Part shown: positions 25,599 to 36,058 of the stretch, piece by piece
Layout of the letters: the number at the start of each line of letters is the position of its first letter
How positions within the stretch are numbered: position 1 is the first letter of the stretch
Source: Chara braunii
Taxonomy: Eukaryota > Plantae > Charophyceae
Assembly (NCBI GenBank): GCA_003427395.1
Contig: BFEA01000018.1
Location: 4,305,343 to 4,362,116 of the forward strand
Reading direction: 5' to 3'
Length of the DNA stretch: 56,774 nucleotides
Notes under the pieces: model-generated
The model's input: the letters and a program-made list of their open reading frames with translations, nothing else
The model's database searches: none
What the model was told of the DNA's origin: nothing
Position numbers and translations under genes: made by a program

Positions 25599-26556
25599 TG
25601 CAAGGAAAATGAGTGACAGGGAATTCCAGAAACCAAGCAGCATCATACACATGAAACCAGATAGTCGTGACCTCGAACCAAAAGCAGAATTGCAACACGA
25701 GTTCCACCAAATTAGAGCACAGCGAAAGCTCACAAGTGACAATGTTGGAATAGTCTCATCGCCATCAACAATGAACCAATGCCAATTCCCTATCTGGCGC
25801 TCAGCGCCGAGACTACGAATGGCAGATCCTATCTAGCCTATCTACAATGCCGCTGGTGACGTCAACAGCTCCCCGAAGTACGAGCAGATCTCGGCCAATG
25901 CCGTTCGCCTCAAGCACCCGGTATGTCTCACTCATCACAGGTACACCAGGGATAACAGGCTGATGACTCCCAAGAGCTCCCCACACATATGCCACGTGCA
26001 CCCAAGGACCACCATGTGCCCCATCCAGCACCTCGCAGGCCAGCTCGGCTATGGCTGCCTGCGTGTATCCTGCTCGCCCATGAGCGCGTGGGCGCTTGCC
26101 TGCCAATAGCGCAGCAGCGCTTGCGCAGCATGTAGCAAGCGGCCCAATGCCGAATGCGGAGGCAGGCACTTTCCTATATGGAAGTGGCCTGCCTGCTGCG
26201 TGCTGCCTGGCTGCGCTGGGCCCCTGCCCAGAAGCTTCTGGTAGGCCCCGAGTGGCTGAGCCCCGGTCCAAGGGAATCAGGCACAGGGCCTGGGGTGGTT
26301 ACCCGTGTCTAACTGTGTGCAGCCTGTGTGTAGTCCATGCCCCGTGTCTAGCCCAGGGCCTGCCTCAGATACATTTGGAAAATCGCAGGCAGGGCCTGGG
26401 CTCTGGGCTCTCTCAACCAGCTGACGCTGCGCAACTGCCTGAATTTCCCAGTTGCGTGGAAACCCCAAAATAGGCCTCTCGTCCCCTGTCAGGCCTGCCT
26501 TCACTTAGGGCGGCCCATATTGCTGAAACCAGGACCCAGTAGGACAAGGCCTCGCA
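25599..26556 (-). mobile_element. 5' LTR (~958 bp) adjacent to the PBS
   Basis: Imperfect inverted termini TGCAAGG...CCTCGCA and position next to the PBS. Confidence 0.6.
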
Positions 26557-28207
26557 AATGAGTAAGGGAACTGTGAATTCTGTGAAAGGCAGTAAACGAT
26601 TAGTAAATAACAAGCCGATTTCTAATTAAGGGAAATGAACATTCAAATAGAGGATGTAGGGAGAAGGTAGTACATACAAAGCAGAATTTCTCAGTAGAAG
26701 AGAAGAAAAAATTCTGAGAGACAAACAGCAGCAGGCGACTTTTAAAAATAAGCAGGCAAAGTCCTCCTAAAAAGAAAAAAAGAAAAAGTGCGAGCAAAAC
26801 AGAGTAAGAGGCCATAGCTGTAGCGAATATATTAATACAGCAACAATTCAGTTGCTGAGCTTATGAAACATAAATGCGAAAGGGAAAGAAAAAAAAAAAC
26901 AAAAACAAAAACAAAACGGACGCCTGGAAGAAGAAGAGCCATCGAAGCGAGCAAACCAAAGTCGCCAGGTAAAGAGAAAAGGGCATACTCACGGTCCGGG
27001 ACTTTTCCAATGAATCTGGCGAGTATTACAACCGGATGCGCTCAGGAAAATACTACTGTGTGTACGCTCCACCTTAGCAATTGCCAATTCGTGTATGGCC
27101 GTCAGCATCTGCTCTCTTTCTAATAGGGAGCCATAGCAGGACAGGGAACCGTAAATTAATGTTGGAAAATTACCGGACAATACAAATGCTCCTGAGGTGT
27201 TTTTGCGAGGAGTTTTCTACCACAGGCCCCCACCTTTGCTCGCTCACCATGACAAAAAGAACAAAACACAAAAAACAAAACAGAACAAAAAACGAGGGAA
27301 TCACGTCACTCACAAATCGTCCTATCTTAGGAGCCCAAATTAAATCCCCCTGATTCTAAAAAATGCTCCTCTGTCCTCAACACCAATCAATCAATCAACC
27401 AATTAATTAACGAATCCCTCCCTGGACCATGGCCAAGCTTGCACGAAGAACAAAGAAGGGAGGAACTTATCAGTCACTCAGAAATCCTCCTCTCTTCGAT
27501 CCCTTCCATAGCCCCAACCAATCAAATCCTTTCACATTTGGATCCTCTGTTGTCCTTTCCAAAGCCCCAACCAATCAACGCCTTAACCACGGTTAAGTGC
27601 GCACTCAATCTTTATTTGGGCTATACACGACACACAGTTTTAGAAGCTCCTGGACGATGTCCCGAACGTCAGGAGCAATCTTCAACAACATCGTTATCAC
27701 AGTGTAACCTTCCTCCCCTCCCGTTCGTTTTCTCCTTTCTCTCATCTTTATACAATCACCCGCCTCTTCCTCCTCCTCCTCGACTTACGCTCCTACTAAG
27801 CTTCTATCTCGACATCTTACTTTTACTCCACGTAAACCTCGCTCCCTTAACCATCCTACCTTCCTTCATTTCTGTTCCACGAATGAGGAACATTACGTGA
27901 CCGGAACGGAGTCCTAATAATTGCACAGAGTCCAGAAGATTTCAGAAAGAACAGAGACAAAATAGGTCCATCGCCGATAAATTATTGATTCAGGATCGAT
28001 GACAGCATCGACGAGCCAACCCCTTCGTCGTCACCAAGGGCAAGCAATTCGAATAGAGTATCTCATCACGACACATAATAACTCACAACGCAAACAACTC
28101 ACCTACCCACCTACCCGCCTACCCACCTACAAGCTACTGCTATATCCTGTAGTACCTGTACAAAACAATCACTTTATGCACAGCCTCCTTGTCTATGTCT
28201 AGCATAA

Positions 28208-28270
<63 letters not shown>

Positions 28271-29117
28271 NCTCTCTCTCTCTCTCTCTCTCTCTCTCAC
28301 TAGCGCGCCCTAGCAAACAAGAGCAGACAATGGCACAGTAAGCGAATGCACACGAATGCACCAACAACCCGACAAGAGTGAACACAAGCGCGAGCCTGAC
28401 ACAATAAATAAAATAAAGTACGGTAATCCAAGTAGTACCTTCTAGTCTAGATGCCTAGACTTCCTTCACCGTACTAGTTGCCAGCAGCCCCTTCTCCCTT
28501 TCGCCGCCTCCAAGCGCGGGAACGCAGCAGTACGTCGAGGTGTCTTTTGCATCCTCTTCTTCCCACTGTGGCATGACCATGCAGGAGAAGGTACACTCGT
28601 CAGTGGCATCCACCTCGTGGGCTTTCTTCAAGGCTTTCCCTGGTTGAAATCCCAACCAGGTCACAAGCTACACCGACATCAGCACTAACAACTACCACGC
28701 TCGGAAAGACCGGGACCCGAGGAGTAGAGAAACGAGAGAGAGAGAGAGAGAGAGCTCCCCATCGAATGGGCAAATAAAAATGACATCATACCTATTATAT
28801 ACTTGAGCACATCCTCCTCTGTTACACAGCCCCAACTGGCGAACCATCCCCACAGCAGCAGTGATACAGCAAGCCACGGCAGCGCCGAGGGCTGCAACGG
28901 ACTACTATCGCGGGATACCAGCGGGGTTAGCAGAGCGAGGAGAGTATCGTACGGTGGGTAAGCAACCGCTTGGGACGGAGAGCGGACCGGCGTTCCTACT
29001 GCAGCCGCATTGGGATAATGAAACGTAGAAGCTGGATATGGCGGTCGTCCTTCTCCAGGATGCATAGGTTTGTATTGATACCCCACCTCCGCCTCTCCTC
29101 CTTGTGGTGGAGGCCGA

Positions 29118-30374
29118 TCATCGAGCAGGCGAGACGGAGGGTAATGCTCCTCCTCTTCCTGCCTGCGGCATGTGGTTTGCATGCCCACCTCCTCCCGCTC
29201 CCCCTCCTGATGGTCCTGCGTTTTGAGCGCCAGAACCTATCCTCTCCGGAAAAGCTTGACCGCTCCTTGACCCTTCTCTCTGCAGGGTCTCCGCCTCCTC
29301 GATATACCTTACCACGTCACCGATGTTCGGCCGATTTGCCGAATAAGGCTCGCAACACGTCATGGCGCAGTCGGCTAACTTCCACAGAGCGTCCACCGAA
29401 TACGCGCCTTCAGCGATCCTATGATCGAGCACACTGCGTATGTTCCCCTTCTTCATCTCCGCCCTCGCCCACTTCACAAGGTCGAATCGCCGCATTCCTG
29501 TGATTATCTCCAACGGCTTTCTTCCCGTGATCAGTTCCAACATTACCACACCGAAGCTGTACACATCCGTCCTTTCCGTCAGCCGACGAGTTTGGAAGTA
29601 CTCCGGGTCCAGGTAGCCTTGCGTTCCCTTGATATTCGTCGTCAAGTGAGTGTACTCCTCGTCATCGGGGAGAAGTTTCGACAACCCAAAGTCCGTCAGC
29701 TTCGCATGCATCTTCTGATCAATCAAGATGTTGGACGGCTTGATATCGCGATGAATGACGCCCGGCGTCACGTGGAGATGAAGGTAACTGAGCGCACGTG
29801 CCACGTCGAGAGCTATCGAGATCCGGGTGAGCCACGGCAATCCCGATGGCGTAGCCTTGGAGCCGTACATATGATCGTTCAGAGTCCCATTCGAGATGTA
29901 CTCGTAAACCAAGGCGAGACACCCGGGGGCACTGCAATACCCTACCAAAGTGACAAGGTGCCGATGATGAAGACGGGGAAGAATCTCGATCTCCTTGACA
30001 AGCTCATTGATTCCCTGCCGCGAATCCACACCCAGCTTCTTGATGGCCACGGTCTGCTGAGTGTGCACTGACGTTCTAACGGTGCCCTTGTACACCGTGC
30101 CAAACCCACCCCCTCCAATCCTCGTGGAAACGTCGAAATTGTTAGTAGCTCTCTTTATCTCCTCGGCCGAGTACTTCTTCACCTGAACACCCCCAGCCGT
30201 CGACTCCGGTATTTCCGGCTTCGGCATTTCCGGCTTCGGCATATCCGGCTTCGGCATTTCCGGCTTCGGCATTTCCGGCTTCGGAATATCATGACCGGAA
30301 TCCGGCGGCTTCATAGGATTCATGGAGCTGCTCTTCGACGGACCCAGCCGAATTGTCGGACAGCAGCAACCCAT
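29118..30374 (-). CDS. Receptor-like cytoplasmic Ser/Thr kinase (RLK/Pelle family), intronless, predicted N-myristoylated/S-acylated
   Basis: Intact subdomains: YSAEEIKRATNNF, IGGGGFGTVYKG, VAIKK, HHRHLVTLVGYC, HRDIKPSNIL, DFGLSK, GTQGYLDPEY, DVYSFGVV, RPNIGDVV. First ATG at 30374 gives MGCCCP. No signal peptide or TM segment. Confidence 0.93.
   Translation of the reverse strand: MGCCCPTIRLGPSKSSSMNPMKPPDSGHDIPKPEMPKPEMPKPDMPKPEMPKPEIPESTAGGVQVKKYSAEEIKRATNNFDVSTRIGGGGFGTVYKGTVRTSVHTQQTVAIKKLGVDSRQGINELVKEIEILPRLHHRHLVTLVGYCSAPGCLALVYEYISNGTLNDHMYGSKATPSGLPWLTRISIALDVARALSYLHLHVTPGVIHRDIKPSNILIDQKMHAKLTDFGLSKLLPDDEEYTHLTTNIKGTQGYLDPEYFQTRRLTERTDVYSFGVVMLELITGRKPLEIITGMRRFDLVKWARAEMKKGNIRSVLDHRIAEGAYSVDALWKLADCAMTCCEPYSANRPNIGDVVRYIEEAETLQREGSRSGQAFPERIGSGAQNAGPSGGGAGGGGHANHMPQAGRGGALPSVSPAR
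30211..30290 (-). repeat. In-frame 15-bp tandem repeat encoding (PKPE/D-M/I)n
   Basis: ATTTCCGGCTTCGGC ~5 copies within the kinase N-terminal region. Confidence 0.9.
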
Positions 30375-31363
30375 CGCTGACAAACCACGATCCGATCTCC
30401 CGCCGTTGAGGGGGTCTTCCCCCCTCCGCCCCCCCAAAAAACTGGATATCTTCGCAGCGCACCCTTCAGCCGCTTAGCGGTGACCTTGTTTCCGCCTTCC
30501 CCTTCTCTCTACTGTTTGCAAACTGCTTTCCTCGACGAGCATCCCCGACTCGTCCTCCGCGTTCATGGCCTTTCTGTCTCGCCTTTCTTCGAGTCCTCCT
30601 CGTCGGCTCATTACCTTCCGAACAAGCAGGTTCAAGGAACTTTCTCACCAGCCACTCCCCCTCCTCCAGCCATTTCAACCCAACCAGCCTAACCTACCTC
30701 GTCCCCACAACCCTCAAAAGCTCTGGTGCCACAAGAATAAGATCTTGATTGAAGATGCCATTCCCTCGACGCCTTGACGTCTTCTTCTTCAATACAGCTA
30801 TGGCCACCAGCCGCTAAGTAAGCCTTCTTAAGCCTCAAGCCTCTCTCCTCTCTCTCAAAGTCGTGTCCCCATTGACTCCATTACCTTGACAATTGATCAG
30901 CGTGCGTCTACAAGCTGCCGCGCCTCTGCATACGAAAAAGGTAAACATGTGAAAAGTTGAGAACGCTCAACTTCAGATTTCAAGTCAATACTCAAATGAT
31001 GCAATCAGACGAAATTAAAACTAAGAAGACTAGATGATACGTTGCAGCTTCGCTTGCATGAAAACAGGAGGGAATACCAACGAACATTCTTTTTCTTTTT
31101 TTTGCGCTAGTGTTACTTTTCCTGTTATACGTGGTTTTCCATGGGAGGAACGTTCTTTTTCTTGCGCCGTGCCCAAAGATCGCACATTTGCAATCTGCGC
31201 TGTGCCCAAAGATCGCACAGATGCAATCTGCTGCGACCTCGGCACGTTTCTGAACAAATGCTGTCTTGTTGATCTGTTTGCTGAGAATTCCAATCCCTAG
31301 TCTGTTTGCTGTAATTTCTAGATCTGAATGTGATCCGCCACTGTTGTATGCATGCCGTTCTTG

Positions 31364-31443
<80 letters not shown>

Positions 31444-31561
31444 NNNNNNNNNNNNNNNNNNNNNNNNNNNNNNNNNNNNNNNNNNNNNNTGTGTGTGTGT
31501 GTGTGTGTGTGTGTGTTGTCATATTCGCTATACACTCAAAAAAAGCATGTCATTGACTGTA

Positions 31562-31620
31562 CCAGACTGTTTCGTCGGACTTTCACCGACTCATCAGGAG
31601 GTTGAACCTGGACAGACAGG
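31562..31620 (-). ncRNA. Type III hammerhead ribozyme
   Basis: Minus strand: CUGUC^CAGGU-UCA-ACCUC-CUGAUGA-GUCGG-UGAAAGU-CCGAC-GAAACAG. CUGAUGA and GAAA core and GUC cleavage triplet present. Stem II is 5 bp and stem III is at least 4 bp. Stem I has 4 bp plus a C-C mismatch next to the cleavage site. Confidence 0.85.
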
Positions 31621-32628
31621 CTGCCCAGGATGCATTTGACTGATGGATAAGGACTCAACCACATCGCCCAGAGTTAGCGATACCCCCGAGGAAAGTGGTC
31701 GACTTTGCTCACACCAACCTTGCAATCCTAGCAGACTGCCGGTCCAAACCCGTGTGTGTGTGTGTGTGTATAGCGCAAGGAAGCAGGAGGTGAATGTGGA
31801 GGACGACGTGGAGAAGGATCGCAGCGTAAGTGTGATGAGGTATTTCCTGCATTATTCCAAGGCAGAGGAGAAGGACGATGTGGAGAAGGATCACAAAAGG
31901 AAAACAGACATCGAGAGGTAGGGAACGAAATATGGAAAGCCTTATAGCAGTCCTAAAATAATTCTGTGCAAGTATGATGATGGACTTTCTCGCACTCTCC
32001 CCGAGGCTGAGTGATATTGGCATCCCAGGCTGAAGGATGAAAGAGGCGAAAATGATGTGGAGGAGTTGACGTGGAGAAGGATGACATAAGGGAGATAGAG
32101 GAGGAGAAAGACGAGAGGGAGGGGGACCATGGCAAACAAAACAGAACGCAAAACGGTTATCAATAAAGAGGAAGACAAACGAAATCGCTATAGACCCCTA
32201 CTCCCCCTTTTTCCACTCCCCATCAGCATCCTCATCTTCCTAACCCCCCTGTCATATATATTCTTTCCCCCCTCCTCTTCGTCCACCCGTGTTTTCTTCA
32301 AAACATCATCGTTTCTCCATTCCATTCCTTTCCCGTGCTCTCCTGCACCTGTCTGAGGCTGACGAAGAGGAGGATGAAGCGAAGAGAAGGATTACATGGA
32401 GGACAACAGAAGAAACACGTGTAGGAGGAAGACACTGAAGGGAAAAGCCGGAAGGAAGGAATATGGTGAAGCGAAATAGGAAGCGAACTCACCATTGCCC
32501 CCCCTCACGCCTTTTCCATCCCGCTTCCTTCTGCCGTCAGCAACGACATACTCCTACCCCTCCTCCTCAGCTCGCCCCCTGATAGAAAACCGAAGTAATT
32601 CTCAGCCTCTCGTATTCTCCTTTCTCAC

Positions 32629-32712
<84 letters not shown>

Positions 32713-32857
32713 AGCGCGCGCGCGCTGTGTGCGTGTGTCACACACGAACACAAATCAAAATAACTTGGCATAAGCTGGTCGTCTGGACTGAACCACCGAT
32801 GTGATTGAGAGAAATCGAAAGAAATGACGGGGGAAAGCAGGGCGGGGGAGAGTCCAC

Positions 32858-33890
32858 GATGACGGGAGCTGAAGAAGGCGGAGCTTAGGTCGGCATGGGG
32901 AAGAGAGATGGGTAAACCAGGTGTAGACGGATATTGCGAGAGGATGTCGAAAGATGGAGAATCGAGGGCAAAAGAGAGAGTAGGAGGAGGCGACAGGATA
33001 AGATGGCGGCTTTTTACCTCTTTCGCGCAGAGCTGTTCACCGCTCCTTCGACGCAAAACAGGAAGTTGGGACTCCTGGCGGCTTCCAACATGAATCAAGG
33101 GAGCAGCACACTGCTCATGTTTCACGGCAGATGGATATTGCGACAGCATGCCGAAAGATGGAGAATCGAGGGCAAAAGAGGGAGGAAGAGGAGGAAGAGA
33201 AAGGATAGGATCGCGGCTTCATCATTCCTCGCAATGACGGGAGCTGAAGAAGGCGGAGCTTAGGTCGCCATGGGGAAGAGAGATGGGTAAAGCAGGTGCG
33301 GACGGATACTGCGACAGGATGTCGAAAGATCGAGAGTCCAGGGCAAAAGAGGAGGGGGAAGAGGAGGAGGAGAAAAGATAAGATTGCGGCTTACCTCTTT
33401 CGCGCGGAGCTGTTCACAGCTGATCGCAATGACGGGAGCTCAAGAAGCCGGAGCTTAGGTCGCCGCGGGGAAGAGAGATGGGTAAAGCAGGTGCAGACGG
33501 ATATTGCAACACGCCGTCGAAAGATGGAGAGTCGAGGGCAAAAGAGGAAGGAAGAGAGGAGGATGAGAAAGGATAAGATCGTGGCTTTTACCTGTTTCGC
33601 GCGGACCTGTTCACCGCCCCTTCGACGAAAACAAGTAGGTTCGATAATTGGCGGCTTCCAAAATCCATCTCAGGTGCAGACGGATATTGCGACAGGATGT
33701 TGAAAGATAGAGAGTCGAGGGCAAAAGAGGGAGGATGAGGAGTGAAAAGGATAAGATCGCGGCTTACCTCTTTCAACCGAAGCAGTTCACCACTCCTTCG
33801 ACCAAAAACAGAAGGTTCGACCATTGGCGGCTTCCAACATCAATCTAGAGCGGCACACAAGCACAAAGTGGCAGAAGCTCATGTTTCACC
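32858..33890. repeat. Degenerate modular purine-rich tandem repeat (~5 units, ~180-200 bp)
   Basis: Recurrent blocks GACGGGAGCTGAAGAAGGCGGAGCTTAGGTCG, GACGGATATTGCGA..GAAAGAT..GGGCAAAAGAG and GGCGGCTTCCAA. Confidence 0.85.
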
Positions 33891-34193
33891 GCGATCCTCT
33901 GTTTGTGTGTTTTTGTTTGTGTGAGTGTGTGTGTGTGTGTGACGAGCGCGGCACCCCGGCCCCCACAGCCACACGCACACTCACGCACACGCACCCGCAC
34001 ACCCGCGCACGCGCACTCTCGCACACGAACCTGCACACACCCGCACACATTCACGCCCACGCACATGAAACCTTCACAAACCCGCGCATACCCACGCACA
34101 CTCGCACCACATTCGCACGCATTCACACACGAACGTACACAACCGCACCCAGTGCATCGCCGCGGGCACACGTACGGGCAGAAGAGGACCAGT

Positions 34194-34637
34194 CATCCAG
34201 CGGCCTAGCTCAGTTGGTAAGGCACGCAAGTGGCATTCAGGAGGTCTTGGGTTCAATCCCCATTGGCCTCATGTACCTTCCTGGGCAAGCTTGGTGCCCG
34301 CCACCTAGAGATATGCCGTTGGTCCCCCCGAGTGGCATTGAGCAGAGACTGCTGATGTTCATAGGGGGAGGGTACCAGAGGGGAGGCACAGTGACTGGCC
34401 CATCGAAGAAGCTCGGTCCTGATGCTACCGGCTGACCCCTGGCCGGTATCGCCCACCTGCTGTAGCAGGTATCGCACCTGCTGGTGGGTGCAGCTCCCGC
34501 ATGTTCCCTCGGTGGAGGCTTGAGCACGGATGTGGCTGCTACGGGGTTCCCCGTAATACTATAATGACAATAAAAAAGGCCTGAAAGGCCGTCCTGTCCA
34601 GATTTGACAGGTAATTGAATTGGTTGGGCTACCACCA
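34194..34637 (+). mobile_element. tRNA-derived SINE (~440 bp)
   Basis: Pol III A box TAGCTCAGTTGG (34206-34217) and B box GGTTCAATCCC (34250-34260) at tRNA spacing, without a good acceptor or anticodon stem. Non-tRNA body follows. Possible 6-bp TSD ACCAGT (34188, 34634). Confidence 0.75.
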
Positions 34638-35472
34638 GTACCTCCGAGCCTGTTTTTGCCGAACCTGATTTTCACTGCGCTCCGAGTTTTGTCGAGCCTG
34701 GGTCCCATTCCATTTCTTTATGGTACTCTCACGGGAAAAAAAAAAAAAAAATAAAAAAAAATTGCAGCGGTGAAAACTCACAAAACAAGAAAAAGAAACA
34801 AAACTTTGGACGTGATTGCAGCTGTATACATTCTCGGAAGTGTTAGTGTGAGTGTGCCCTCACTGAGGGCATCTCAGCCCCGTGGCCAGGTTGTCAGATT
34901 CGAGAAACTCAAAAAAAAAAAAAAAAGACAGGAACACGGATTCGGTCGTGAAAATGGCAAGATGCATTCCCGTAAGTGTCAGTGTGATCAGGGTTACAAT
35001 CCTCTGAGGGAACACAGCTCGAGCAAATCACGGATTAAGATTGTCATATTCCAGAAAAAGAAAACAAGAAAAAAAAAACGGAAACACGGATTCGGCCTTG
35101 AAAACGGCTGGATACATCAGGGTTACAATCATATGAGGAAACACAGCTAGAGCAGATCACGGATTCCGCCCTGCCTCGTTGGCAGGGGACACAAAACAAA
35201 CAAAAGAAAAAAAAAAGAAAAAAAAAACAACAAGTTCAGAATGTGACCGTCTTTGTTGTAAGATGCATTCAAGACTGTGAGCACGGCCTCTTAGACTACC
35301 CTGCCGGACATCATTGCAGTACAAATGTCTTTTTTATTTTCATTTTTCTTTCGTGCACGGGCAAAGAAACTACGATTTTCGGAACATCGCCGACCCTGTG
35401 TTCGAACCCCGAAAACTTCGGGTACTGGCAAGGACAACGTAATTTTTCAACACTGGCGAAGGTACTGGTGGT
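34631..35472. mobile_element. TTAA-type MITE, copy A
   Basis: Termini ACCACCAGTACCTCCG...CGAAGGTACTGGTGGT, followed by TTAA. Both ends are homologous over ~100 bp to copy B in inverted orientation. Confidence 0.8.
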
Positions 35473-35499
35473 TTAAAGAATTAACCTTTAAAAAAAATA

Positions 35500-35980
35500 G
35501 AAAAATTTACGAAACGCCCCTAAAATTCCCGTTTATTTGCGATTTGTCATCGGACGGTCGATTTTTTTTGAATTGCCCCTCTGACAACGACTCAAGTTTC
35601 CATAAAACCCCCGGCGTCACTTGGGCCTCAAATATGTTCAATATGCCCCTACTGGTACCGCTGCCAACTTTTCAATATGCCCCTACCTGTTGGCCGTTGA
35701 GGACCTGCACTAGAATTTGTTATATGCCCCTACCGGTACCATGCATCTTTCCAGTATGCTCCCACGGCCGTTGGTGGCAGTCGCGGCCGTTCCCCTGACC
35801 CTGGGATGGGAGTTACCGAGGTATATCAGAATTTTTCTCACGTTGGCATCTTTCTGTTGCGCCCTCCATCGACCTCCATCGTTTTGCATGGGCTTGGGTC
35901 TGTCTGTGGCTGGGCATTTTGGGCCTGCACGCACCCCCACACTCCCCCCATGTCATGCACACCATGCCATCATGGTTCTG

Positions 35981-36058
<78 letters not shown>

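Noticed and set aside
29421-30071. 216-aa plus-strand ORF
   Set aside because: Antisense shadow of the kinase.
31655-31705. HDV-like ribozyme (UUCCUCG on minus) next to the hammerhead
   Set aside because: I could not build P1, the P1.1 GG, or a convincing P3, so only the loop motif matches.
34200-34272. Functional tRNA gene
   Set aside because: A and B boxes are present but the acceptor and anticodon stems do not pair properly, and a long body follows. Called a SINE head instead.
33824-34435. 203-aa His/Thr-rich ORF
   Set aside because: Translation of a degenerate (CA)n-like tract running into the SINE.
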